Below are positions 49,331-58,365 of a stretch of DNA of 64,000 bases, in pieces. The position numbers and the translations under genes are program-made. Numbering within the stretch: the first letter of the stretch is position 1; each line of letters opens with the position of its first letter. Origin of the DNA: Candidatus Gottesmanbacteria bacterium (GTDB taxonomy: Bacteria; Patescibacteriota; Microgenomatia; UBA10105; UBA927); assembly GCA_023245355.1 (NCBI GenBank), contig JAHFKN010000005.1, positions 33,290 to 97,289 on the forward strand, read 5' to 3'. The notes beneath the pieces were generated by a model, which saw only the letters and a program-made list of their open reading frames with translations, was not told where the DNA came from and made no database searches.

Positions 49331-50104
49331 ATGAAACGACTGCCGATACTCTACATCATTCTCATTATTTTCTTCGGCCTGCCTATTATCCTCTGGGCAG
49401 TAGGCACACAGAACCAGGATATACGGAGCCGTGCGGATCTCACCCCGACTGCCACGCCGTCAGATACGCCTCCGGTCACGCCTACCCTTACTCCTACACC
49501 GTCTGCCACACCGACACTTACCCCGACACCGACGAACAGCCCGCCGCGGTGCAGCGGCTTGTCGGTCAATCCGGGTTCAGGTGTCCGGCCGCTCACCGTC
49601 AACTTCAGCTGCGCCGGGTATGATCCTGACAATGACATTACGGCTGCAGAATTCGGGTTCGGCGGAAGCGAAAAACGCTTGGTAGAAAAACCGGCGGGAA
49701 CATTCGGATCCATCACCACATCCTATACGTATACCCAGGCCGGAACGTACCATGTCACGTGCCGGGTACGGGACAACAACCAGGCATTTTCCAATTATCC
49801 TGACTTCTGTAAATTTACGGTCGTCGTGCGGGATCCGATTGCGACAACGACTACCCCCAAAGTCACTCCGGTACCCACGAAAAATACGACCGTGACCAAT
49901 GACGATCTGCTTATCTTTACCGGCGGCAACCCGACTGCCACGCCGACTATCACCCCGGCGCCTACGGCGATCACTCCGGTGCCCGTGCAGACACAGAGTT
50001 GGTGGTCCAATGAAAAAATTGCGCAGCTTACCATGATGGTAATCGTGAGCGGACTCACGATCATCGTAGCGCTCCTGCTCCACGGGTTTTTCGACAAACG
50101 ATGA
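49331..50104 (+). CDS. Exported PKD-domain protein with Thr/Pro-rich linkers and C-terminal hydrophobic anchor
   Basis: Start MKRLPILYIILIIFF; (TPT/TPS)n linker; PKD-like core PLTVNFSCAGYDPDNDI…YTYTQAGTYHVTCRVRDNN; second TP-rich linker; C-terminal TM plus basic tail. Confidence 0.65.
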   Translation: MKRLPILYIILIIFFGLPIILWAVGTQNQDIRSRADLTPTATPSDTPPVTPTLTPTPSATPTLTPTPTNSPPRCSGLSVNPGSGVRPLTVNFSCAGYDPDNDITAAEFGFGGSEKRLVEKPAGTFGSITTSYTYTQAGTYHVTCRVRDNNQAFSNYPDFCKFTVVVRDPIATTTTPKVTPVPTKNTTVTNDDLLIFTGGNPTATPTITPAPTAITPVPVQTQSWWSNEKIAQLTMMVIVSGLTIIVALLLHGFFDKR

Positions 50105-50129
50105 CGCGAAAGCGTACAATAACCCCTAC

Positions 50130-50483
50130 ATGCAGATAGTGAAGCAAAAAAAGACCCGGCGTGTTGACGCATCTTCTACCACATCGGTCGAGGAGTACAT
50201 TATGCCGGAGCCGTCCATCAGCGGAACCACGGCAATCATTTACGGCCGCTATCCGGAAAAAGGATTTGCCGTAAACACCGTCTGCCATGAACTGGCACTG
50301 GTTCTGAGCGGAAACGGATTTATCAGCACCGCGCGCAAAAAAACAGCTATTGAACTGGGTGACTGCATCCTGATCCAGCCCAATGAAAAATTTTACTGGG
50401 ACGGGCACATGGCGGTATTTATCGTGTGCACCCCCAAATGGAAACCGCAACAGCATAAAATAACGGATGTAAAACCATCATGA
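50130..50483 (+). CDS. Small cupin-like protein (hypothetical)
   Basis: 117 aa; beta-rich; possible start MPEPS at 50202. Confidence 0.4.
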   Translation: MQIVKQKKTRRVDASSTTSVEEYIMPEPSISGTTAIIYGRYPEKGFAVNTVCHELALVLSGNGFISTARKKTAIELGDCILIQPNEKFYWDGHMAVFIVCTPKWKPQQHKITDVKPS

Positions 50484-51454
50484 TAGATCCGATCCACCGC
50501 ATCGACACGGCCTTACCCATAGACGATGTCGTGAAAAAAGCAGCGATTGCATTCAGTCTCGGTGACGTACTCACCTATTCCGTTATCCCGACGGGATATC
50601 AGGAATACAATATCGATTGCGCTGCTTCTTCGGGCAAATTTATCATCAAAATATTTTCCCATGACAAACCGCGCAGCCGTATTGAGGATGTCGTCTGGGG
50701 ATATACCCGGCTTGCCTCCCTCGGGGTTCCGCTTCCTACCCTTAAGACAATGAATGACAACGGATATATCATGGAAATCCCTGCCGTCCGGCAGGCTGCC
50801 TCGTTTCTTTGCGTATTCGAATACTTCACCGGGAAACCGATGACGCATATTGCCGTAACCGACGCCGATCTCGTAACGCTTACCCAAGCCCTTGTCACCA
50901 TACACAAAACCAAAAAAACAATCGGCCGGTATTACGACACGCTCGGCATTGCCAACCTCGAAGCAGAATACGAACAAAAAGGCGACGCCCTGTTCCCGGA
51001 TGAAACAGCGCTGATCAAACCGGTTATTTCGAAACTGCACAAACTCAATACTGCCTCGTTTCGCCAAAGTATAATCCACGGCAGTATGGAAAAAGAAAAC
51101 GTTCTGAAAAACACCGGAGGATCGGTATGCATACTGGATCTGGGGTGCATGGACTACAACGCGTCTGTGTTTGATATCGCAACATATATTGCAAATTTCT
51201 CCGCCTATCTGCCGGAAGCCAAACGCGTCAATGTGATCAATGTAATCCTCACTGAATATCAGAAATCCCTCCCGCTTACGCCTCAGGAGCTGGCCGCCCT
51301 GCCGGCACTTATCCGCGCGCAATATGCAGCCTATATCGTCGGCATGACTCACCACATGAGAAGAGACCATGACATGAGTAAACAGACGCAGACGTGGCTG
51401 GATAGAGGCTGGGACGGGTTGCGGGCATACACCAACGTAAAATCGCTTATATAA
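50480..51454 (+). CDS. Aminoglycoside/choline-kinase-like phosphotransferase (APH family, protein-kinase-like fold)
   Basis: 324 aa; Brenner-like IHGSMEKENVL and CILDLGCMDY (catalytic/metal-binding Asp) motifs. Confidence 0.7.
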   Translation: MIDPIHRIDTALPIDDVVKKAAIAFSLGDVLTYSVIPTGYQEYNIDCAASSGKFIIKIFSHDKPRSRIEDVVWGYTRLASLGVPLPTLKTMNDNGYIMEIPAVRQAASFLCVFEYFTGKPMTHIAVTDADLVTLTQALVTIHKTKKTIGRYYDTLGIANLEAEYEQKGDALFPDETALIKPVISKLHKLNTASFRQSIIHGSMEKENVLKNTGGSVCILDLGCMDYNASVFDIATYIANFSAYLPEAKRVNVINVILTEYQKSLPLTPQELAALPALIRAQYAAYIVGMTHHMRRDHDMSKQTQTWLDRGWDGLRAYTNVKSLI

Positions 51455-51464
51455 TCCTCAGGAT

Positions 51465-52319
51465 ATGATCGCCTATCTTTTCGGACTGATTGCATATTTC
51501 GGCTGGGGATCCGGAGATGTATTCGGAACGTTTGCTACCCGGAAAGTCGGCCCGTATATCACGACATTCTGGGCATTCGCGTTTGCCGCCATACTCGGAA
51601 GCTTTTATATCCCGTTTGCCTTAGGAGATCTCCGTGCGTTCACACCTACCCTTTTGTTGCTGAATCTGTTGCTCGGCATCATGTACGTGGGCGGCAACCT
51701 CATATTTAACGAGGCACTCCGTCTGTCCAGTGCGCCGATTGTCGGCACGATCGGCGGATCATTTGCCGCGCTCACGGTGCTGCTTTCATATCTGTTTTTG
51801 GGAGAAACAATTTCTGTAACACGGATTGCACTTATCTGTGTCGTATTTTTGGGCGTATTCATAACCACCACCTCGCACAGTCAGAAAAAAGATGCCGGGT
51901 TTACCAAAGGAATTATATTGGCACTCATCAGTCTTGTCGTGTGGGGCATCTACTTTACGTTTAACAAAGTCCTCATGAGCCGCATGGGTTGGTTTTGGCC
52001 CAATTACATACCGATGTTGTTATTCCCGCTTATCGGCATCTATATGAAATGGAAACATATTCCGTTTATACTCCCCAAGCGCGATGTGGCAATTCCGCTT
52101 TTTTTCAATGCACTGATGTTGCGGGGAGGTGATGTCGCGTTTAATATCGGGGCAAGTCTGGGACTGACCGCCACGGTTGCTCCGTTGGGCGGCGCGTATC
52201 CCACGCTGTTTGCGGTATTGTCATATTTTGTCTTCCGGGATCCGCTCAACAAAAAACAGGTTGCGGGCATCATCATTGCGTTAACAGGGTTAGTTGCGTT
52301 AGGATTTGCTGGGAGGTAA
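51465..52319 (+). CDS. EamA/DMT-family transporter
   Basis: 284 aa, 10 predicted TM helices in two EamA repeats. Confidence 0.7.
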   Translation: MIAYLFGLIAYFGWGSGDVFGTFATRKVGPYITTFWAFAFAAILGSFYIPFALGDLRAFTPTLLLLNLLLGIMYVGGNLIFNEALRLSSAPIVGTIGGSFAALTVLLSYLFLGETISVTRIALICVVFLGVFITTTSHSQKKDAGFTKGIILALISLVVWGIYFTFNKVLMSRMGWFWPNYIPMLLFPLIGIYMKWKHIPFILPKRDVAIPLFFNALMLRGGDVAFNIGASLGLTATVAPLGGAYPTLFAVLSYFVFRDPLNKKQVAGIIIALTGLVALGFAGR

Positions 52320-52327
52320 ATTCACCT

Positions 52328-52654
52328 ATGCACGAAGCCATCCTTGTCATGATCTCCTGTGATGACAAAAGCCAGGCGGAACAAATCGGCGAACAGCTGT
52401 TAAAACATAAACTTGCCGCCTGCACCCAGATCGTGAACCACGCCGATTCCATGTTCCTCTGGCCGCCCCGTAAAAACCAGATAGATTATGCGGATGAATC
52501 CTTACTTCTCGTTAAAACGCTGGACGAAAAATGGGCAAAACTGGAGCGCGAAGTGCTGAGCCACCATACGTATGAAAATCCGGAGATTATCGCTATTCCG
52601 CTTGCTCACGTGACGAAGCGATATCTTCTGTGGCTTAAAAGCGAACTCTCGTAA
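52328..52654 (+). CDS. cutA: Divalent-cation tolerance protein CutA
   Basis: 108 aa; CutA1 family (…AACTQIV…; trimeric PII-like fold family). Confidence 0.8.
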   Translation: MHEAILVMISCDDKSQAEQIGEQLLKHKLAACTQIVNHADSMFLWPPRKNQIDYADESLLLVKTLDEKWAKLEREVLSHHTYENPEIIAIPLAHVTKRYLLWLKSELS

Positions 52655-52684
52655 ACACGCGGCGCTTTTCGTATACTTCTATGC

Positions 52685-53533
52685 ATGTTGTGGTTTCTTT
52701 TGGCCATCGGAAGCGCATTTATTTTTGCCGCTCAGGAACTTCTCATGCGGATCCTGGCCGTACGGACCGGCTCGCCCAGACTGTTTGCCGTTGTGTTTAA
52801 TCTGTACGGAGCCGCATTTGCAATCCTTCTTTTTCTGTCTGAACGGGGATCGCTTGCGGCATTGTGGGGACTTACCCCGGTCCAGTATACGCTCCTTGCT
52901 TCGACTATCATCCTGTATGGGTTGTATGAGCGGACGCAGTTTTTTGCACGCAGCGGAACGGACGCGTCCACGTTTGCCATTATTTTCCGGCTCAGTACCG
53001 TCATCGGATTTATCGGCGCGATTTTTTTCCTGCAGGAAGCCATGACACCCGGGAAAATCGCGGGGGTAGTCCTTATCATTCTGGCGTCACTGCTTTTGGT
53101 CTACAAAAATCCGAAATTTAAATTTACTCCGGCATTCGGCTACGCCGTACTCTGTGCAGTACTGTTGGGGCTAACAAGCGTATTGGATAAACCTGCATCC
53201 GCGTTTCTTCCTGCATCACTGTATAGTTTTGTCGTGTGGTGCCTGCCAATCGTCATCATCGCGTTCCCGCGTGTCACAAAAAAAGAAATTGTCAGGGAGC
53301 TGCATATAGGCGGATGGAAAGTGGCGCTCGCGGCTCTGTTAAACGTCGTCGGATACATCATGTATATCAACGCATTGTCACTTGCGGAAGCATCCCGGGT
53401 AAACCCGATCGCGGCAACCAGCGGTATTCTTACCGTAGCCGGCGGCATCGTGCTGCTTAAGGAACACGGTCATCTTTGGAGAAAAATTGCAGCGGGAGTG
53501 TTGGCATTTATCGGCGTTATTCTGCTCCGGTAA
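52685..53533 (+). CDS. EamA/DMT-family transporter
   Basis: 282 aa, about 10 TM. Confidence 0.7.
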   Translation: MLWFLLAIGSAFIFAAQELLMRILAVRTGSPRLFAVVFNLYGAAFAILLFLSERGSLAALWGLTPVQYTLLASTIILYGLYERTQFFARSGTDASTFAIIFRLSTVIGFIGAIFFLQEAMTPGKIAGVVLIILASLLLVYKNPKFKFTPAFGYAVLCAVLLGLTSVLDKPASAFLPASLYSFVVWCLPIVIIAFPRVTKKEIVRELHIGGWKVALAALLNVVGYIMYINALSLAEASRVNPIAATSGILTVAGGIVLLKEHGHLWRKIAAGVLAFIGVILLR

Positions 53534-53642
53534 TGCTTACGGCAGATCATCGACGAGACTTGATATTCCATATCAGCGTTTCCTCCATATCCAAAAATAC
53601 GCTGCAGTATTACAATGCGGATAACCAGACAAAGGAGGCCAC

Positions 53643-54626
53643 ATGAAAATCAGCATAAAGGACATAACACAGTTGGCAAGAAAAGCCCTGAAAAAATACG
53701 GTTATACAGACAGGGAATCAGCAATTATCCTTGATATTCTTCTCTATGCGCAACTCCGGGGCAATAATCAGGGCCTCGTTAAATTAATCGGCAAAGGCAT
53801 ACCAAAAAGCCCGAAAGCGGGATTGATTTCCATTACCAAAGAAACAAAATTATCCGCCATGATTGACGGCAGTAATAATATGGGCATGATAGCTATGAAA
53901 CAAGCAATGGAAATGGCAGTTGCCAAGGCGCGCGAGCACGGATTCGGCATTGTGGGAACGTTTAATACCTATTCTTCTACCGGTGCTATTGGGTACTACG
54001 CTGCACATATGGCACGGGAAGGATTTATCGGCTTTGCGTTTGCCGGATCACCCCCGACAGTAGCGCCGCACGGCTCTTATGAAGCGCTCTACGGCACAAA
54101 CCCGCTTGCCATCGGCATACCAGCAAAACCCGAACCAGTAGTGCTGGATATGGCAACTGCCGCCATGGCCTACTATGGACTTATTGAGGCAAAAACTGCC
54201 GGAAAAACCATTCCTGAAGGGTTCGCATACGACAAAAACGGCAAACAGACGACAGATCCAGATGCGGCAATGGATGGTGCTATCAAGAGCTTCGGAGGAT
54301 ACAAAGGATCCGGGCTGGGATTTATAGTTACTGCGTTCACCGGTCCGCTTGTCGGAGCGGCTTTTGCCGGGGTAGGAAAACGCGGTGACTGGGGAAATCT
54401 CATTATGGCTATTGATCCGGAACTATTGGTAGACCGTAATACGTTCCGAAAAAATGTTACAGAACTTGCCAAGCGGGTTAAAAAAACCAAAACGCTCCCG
54501 GGAGTGAAAGAGATACTGCTTCCCGGCGAACGCGGAAATAAACTCACAGCAAAGCGTACGAAAACCGGAACGATTGAAATCGAAGACAATCTTTACAATG
54601 AACTCAAAAAAGCCGCAGCAAACTGA
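53643..54626 (+). CDS. Ldh_2 family malate/L-lactate/sulfolactate dehydrogenase
   Basis: 327 aa; Ldh_2 family blocks (…GYTDRESAIILDILLYAQLRGNNQGLVKL…HGFGIVG…). Confidence 0.8.
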   Translation: MKISIKDITQLARKALKKYGYTDRESAIILDILLYAQLRGNNQGLVKLIGKGIPKSPKAGLISITKETKLSAMIDGSNNMGMIAMKQAMEMAVAKAREHGFGIVGTFNTYSSTGAIGYYAAHMAREGFIGFAFAGSPPTVAPHGSYEALYGTNPLAIGIPAKPEPVVLDMATAAMAYYGLIEAKTAGKTIPEGFAYDKNGKQTTDPDAAMDGAIKSFGGYKGSGLGFIVTAFTGPLVGAAFAGVGKRGDWGNLIMAIDPELLVDRNTFRKNVTELAKRVKKTKTLPGVKEILLPGERGNKLTAKRTKTGTIEIEDNLYNELKKAAAN

Positions 54627-55533
54627 CATCCCGTTTTTCGGCCTCGTATCAACCCGGAGTTTATCCATTGGGTTTTTAGTTATTGTTTCCGCCGCATACA
54701 CACTATTGTCCGTCGGAAGCCGGCTTCTCGCAGAAGGATTCCAACCCATGACACAGGTGTATATGCGCGTTGCCCTTGGTACATGTGCGTTATTGATACT
54801 GCTTCGCAAAAATATCCGATGGAATAATTTTCGTGCGCTTTCCACCCGCGACATTTGGATTCTCCTGTCTATGGGGACACTCGGATATTCCGTCGCTGTG
54901 TATTTTGTTACCTTAGGCGCGTTGAATGCCAAATTAGTAAACGTCGCAATAATATTTGCCTCAGTTCCGTTTTTTTCTTATGTGTACTCTGCGGTTTTCC
55001 TGAAAAAACCAATTGACTTCAAATTAACAGCGCTGCTATTTGTGTCATTTATTGGCATAAGTTTCGTTGCGACAAAATCATTTGTCCCGCACCTTACTGC
55101 ATTTGGTATAGGCGAATGGTTTACACTGCTAGCAACCGCCACCATGGCATGGTTTTATGTCGGAAGAAAATTACTAAGCTCCCGCCTGAACACGAGCGAA
55201 ATTACCATTGCTGTTATGTCTATCGCCGTCATATCCGGAATAGGATTAGCATTGATACGTGGGGAAACATTTTCGCTAACGGCATTTACCAACCCTCATG
55301 TGCTTCTCGGCCTTGCCATCGGCGGATTTATGAATGCGCTAGTCAATCCAATTGAAATTTTTGCATTCAAGCATTTAGACGCAGTTATCGGTAGTCAAAT
55401 ACTGCTTCTCGAAAATGTATTTGCTCTGATTATCGGGTATCTTATATATGCGGAGACAATTACCTTTCCGGAGTTAATCGGCGGGCTCATCGTTGTCGGA
55501 TGTGTCTATGTTGCCAACCGGCTACCGCAATGA
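54598..55533 (+). CDS. EamA/DMT-family transporter
   Basis: About 10 TM; start uncertain (overlaps upstream gene end by about 28 nt at the chosen ATG). Confidence 0.6.
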   Translation: MNSKKPQQTDIPFFGLVSTRSLSIGFLVIVSAAYTLLSVGSRLLAEGFQPMTQVYMRVALGTCALLILLRKNIRWNNFRALSTRDIWILLSMGTLGYSVAVYFVTLGALNAKLVNVAIIFASVPFFSYVYSAVFLKKPIDFKLTALLFVSFIGISFVATKSFVPHLTAFGIGEWFTLLATATMAWFYVGRKLLSSRLNTSEITIAVMSIAVISGIGLALIRGETFSLTAFTNPHVLLGLAIGGFMNALVNPIEIFAFKHLDAVIGSQILLLENVFALIIGYLIYAETITFPELIGGLIVVGCVYVANRLPQ

Positions 55534-56957
55534 AATCCAAGCGCCCTACCATCATTACTATATTATCGGGAGGCGCACTGCTAACTGATGTATGCGTGTA
55601 TCTGTTCATTGCATTGTATACACTCGCCGCAACTCTCGTTTCCCTCCACCGGTTCTGGCAGTATGAAGTATTTTACTATGACTTCGGAATCTTTGACGCC
55701 GCTATCTGGAAAGTGGCTCACTTCAAACTTCCGATTGTGGATCACCTGGTAGTCGGCGGCAAACTGATATTTGCCGATCATTTCAGCCCGAGCATGTTTC
55801 TTTTATCTCCCATATATTGGATCACCAGCCGCCCGGAAGCACTGCTGATTGCCCAATCGCTCGCCGTAGGGCTAAGCGCCCTTGTTTTGTATGCGCTCGG
55901 AAAACACGTTCTGAAAAACCCGCTGGCTATATTTGCCGTTATCGTTTCCTATCTTTTATTTGTCGGCACGCAGAACGCCCTGATAGCCGATATCCACGAA
56001 GTGACGTTCATGATGCTTCCGCTGATGTTCATCTTTTATGCAATCGCCGCAGACCGGAAAAAACTTTTCTGGATCAGTTTTTTTATCACATTAGGCTTTA
56101 AGGAAAGTTCCTCGCTCCTGGGTATGGGACTTGCCGTATATATATATTTGTATAACCGAAAGTGGGCCAAAACCGCGCTTCTCGTCGCCTGTATATCCGC
56201 GCTCTGGGGATATCTCACAACACAGGTGATTATCCCGTATTTTTACGGCCAGAAATATTTTTATACGCCGTCCCTCAACCCGAACCCGTTTGTGACACTA
56301 CTTACGCTCTTCGATGATCCGATAAAGCGGAAAACGCTGCTTTGGAGCTTTACGAGTTTCGGATTCCTGCCGCTTTTGTATCCGCCGGCCTGGCCGCTTA
56401 TCCTGCAGGACATCGCCGCACGGTTCATGCAGAAAGAATTTGCACTCCGGTGGGGACTCGGCCTCCACTACAGCGCACAACTGGCCGTCATCATGGCTGT
56501 ATCTTCCGTCATGGCCATACGGACAATCAGCACGCGGTTCCGCGCGCCCCTTGTCGTTACCGGCATATCGGTGCTGCTTATTCTTGTGTCTGTGTATCTG
56601 CACCAATTCAAACTCCACGGACCGCTCGGGCTCTCATACAATCCGGCGTTTTACGCGCACACGAAAAATTTCGCGTTTCTGAATGATTTAATCAGCAGGG
56701 TACCCAAAGGAGCAACCGTCATGGCGCAAAACAATATCGCACCGCACATGATCCATACGCATGATGTCTATTTACTCCGGGAGTCCTACAGCAGTTTCAT
56801 GCCGGAGTATTTCGTGCTGGATCTGCGGGATGGCCAGAACTTCAACGATTTTTTCGGCGCGCGCATCGACGTGCTGAAAATTACGCTTCCTAAGGATACA
56901 AATTATGAAGTCATCTACCGGACAAACGATCAGATGATATACAAGCGGAAAAAATAA
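55530..56957 (+). CDS. DUF2079-like polytopic membrane protein (GT-C-like fold, putative glycosyltransferase)
   Basis: Start MKSKRPT; about 12 TM with a large C-terminal extracytoplasmic domain. Confidence 0.55.
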   Translation: MKSKRPTIITILSGGALLTDVCVYLFIALYTLAATLVSLHRFWQYEVFYYDFGIFDAAIWKVAHFKLPIVDHLVVGGKLIFADHFSPSMFLLSPIYWITSRPEALLIAQSLAVGLSALVLYALGKHVLKNPLAIFAVIVSYLLFVGTQNALIADIHEVTFMMLPLMFIFYAIAADRKKLFWISFFITLGFKESSSLLGMGLAVYIYLYNRKWAKTALLVACISALWGYLTTQVIIPYFYGQKYFYTPSLNPNPFVTLLTLFDDPIKRKTLLWSFTSFGFLPLLYPPAWPLILQDIAARFMQKEFALRWGLGLHYSAQLAVIMAVSSVMAIRTISTRFRAPLVVTGISVLLILVSVYLHQFKLHGPLGLSYNPAFYAHTKNFAFLNDLISRVPKGATVMAQNNIAPHMIHTHDVYLLRESYSSFMPEYFVLDLRDGQNFNDFFGARIDVLKITLPKDTNYEVIYRTNDQMIYKRKK

Positions 56958-56971
56958 TCCCCGCGTTCGCT

Positions 56972-57355
56972 TCAGCGCTTTTTGGGGAGGTTCTTGAATT
57001 GTTTCCGCAAGGTTGCGGTCGTTTCCGCACCTTTTTGCTGCATCTCCTGGATATGAGCAAGGGCAATATCGATTTTTTCAGCAGCCGTTTCGGTGACCTC
57101 TTCTTTTTTAGTATCTATGGATTCCATCACTTTTTCTTTCATTTCCTCACCCTGACGCACTAATTCCTTGCCTTTGGACTGCAGCTCCTCCAGGCGTTCT
57201 TCCAGTTCATCCAAAACGTCCCGGCCTTTATCTTCGATGAGCTTCCCCGTCTTTTTGCCTTCTTTGGTTCCCAGGAAAAAAATCACCAGTGCGCCGATTA
57301 AGCCGCCGATGAAAAATCCGAATAAAAATTTGCCGTCGTTACTGTTGTCAGACAT
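56972..57355 (-). CDS. YtxH-like membrane-anchored coiled-coil protein
   Basis: 127 aa; N-terminal GxxxG-rich TM (FLFGFFIGGLIGALVIFF) then Lys/Glu helix. Confidence 0.5.
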   Translation of the reverse strand: MSDNSNDGKFLFGFFIGGLIGALVIFFLGTKEGKKTGKLIEDKGRDVLDELEERLEELQSKGKELVRQGEEMKEKVMESIDTKKEEVTETAAEKIDIALAHIQEMQQKGAETTATLRKQFKNLPKKR

Positions 57356-57356
57356 A

Positions 57357-57620
57357 TTATTCTCCTTCCGTGTCGGGTTTTTTCCGGAACGTTTTAAATA
57401 CGGATAATGCAGCTTTGATTCCGCTCATGACGCCCGACATACTGGCGACGGAATCACCGACCGTGCCTGTCACTTTTTTCGCATCGTCTAACATCGTGTT
57501 CATTTTCATGATGGAGATACGGATTTCCTTGAAGATATACCACACCTGAACGCCTAAAAGCACGAGAAGAAGGGTTAAAATAAAACTGATGACGATAATG
57601 GTTAGCTGTACAGGATCCAT
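57357..57620 (-). CDS. DUF948-like small membrane protein
   Basis: 87 aa; N-terminal TM then helical domain; 1-nt spacing to the downstream gene. Confidence 0.45.
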   Translation of the reverse strand: MDPVQLTIIVISFILTLLLVLLGVQVWYIFKEIRISIMKMNTMLDDAKKVTGTVGDSVASMSGVMSGIKAALSVFKTFRKKPDTEGE

Positions 57621-57717
57621 GGGCAGAATTCCGAAAAAACTTTGTTCTAAATGTGCTATCTGAGTATGCCGTAAACTGCGCTACGTGTCAATTCCGATTT
57701 ATGCCATGTATTTTGTC

Positions 57718-58356
57718 TCACGGCTGGTAACCGACTTCTTTTGTCACCGTGGTCATTTTGCCGAACCGGCTGGTAGCGGTAACCGTAATTTTGTTTACCC
57801 CGGGCTCAACGGCTACCTGCTCGTAAAATTTACCGTCATCCCGGACAATGGTTGAAATACCGTTTATCGTAACCGTGGCATCCCGATCGGACTGCCCCTC
57901 TACGGCAATTCGGCTGCTTGAAACTATCTCCTGATTAGTGGGACTCACTACGGTAAGCGGCGGTGCTTTCCCGATGCGGAAATACTGGTTACCCAGATAG
58001 AACAAAAATACGACAAGAAGCACGCTGATAAGCAGCGCGACGAATCGCCCCGGAGTCAGATGAAGCCATGATGCCTGGAAAGGTTCCGGCACTCCCTGTG
58101 GCAGTAAACTGGCTTTCGATACGTCCGTCATCTGCCGCCGGAAAAATGCCATCATCGCGTCCGTAGGCAACCCCAGATATTCCGCATAATTGCGGACAAA
58201 TCCTTTGGCATACGACGGACTCGGCAACGCGGCAAAATTATCCGCTTCCAGCGCGACAATATATTTTTCACGGATTTTTATCACCCGTTCCACATCCTGA
58301 GGAGTCAGGCCTTTTTGTAACCGCGCTTCCTGGAGCATGCTTCCGACCGTCTTCAT
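57718..58356 (-). CDS. rodZ: RodZ-like cytoskeleton protein (HTH_25 + TM + C-terminal DUF4115-like domain)
   Basis: 212 aa; N-terminal XRE-type HTH (MLQEARLQKGLTPQDVERVIKIREKYIVALE), central TM, C-terminal beta domain. Confidence 0.6.
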   Translation of the reverse strand: MKTVGSMLQEARLQKGLTPQDVERVIKIREKYIVALEADNFAALPSPSYAKGFVRNYAEYLGLPTDAMMAFFRRQMTDVSKASLLPQGVPEPFQASWLHLTPGRFVALLISVLLVVFLFYLGNQYFRIGKAPPLTVVSPTNQEIVSSSRIAVEGQSDRDATVTINGISTIVRDDGKFYEQVAVEPGVNKITVTATSRFGKMTTVTKEVGYQP

Positions 58357-58365
58357 GAGGATATC

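Noticed and set aside
49440-49560. ACNCCN-rich repetitive tract
   Set aside because: Codes for the Thr-Pro linker of the PKD-domain protein; not an independent repeat element.
49577-50172. 180-aa and 125-aa minus-strand ORFs
   Set aside because: Antisense to the PKD-domain gene; Arg-rich.
50513-51370. 285-aa minus-strand ORF
   Set aside because: Antisense to the APH-like kinase gene, which has recognisable catalytic motifs.
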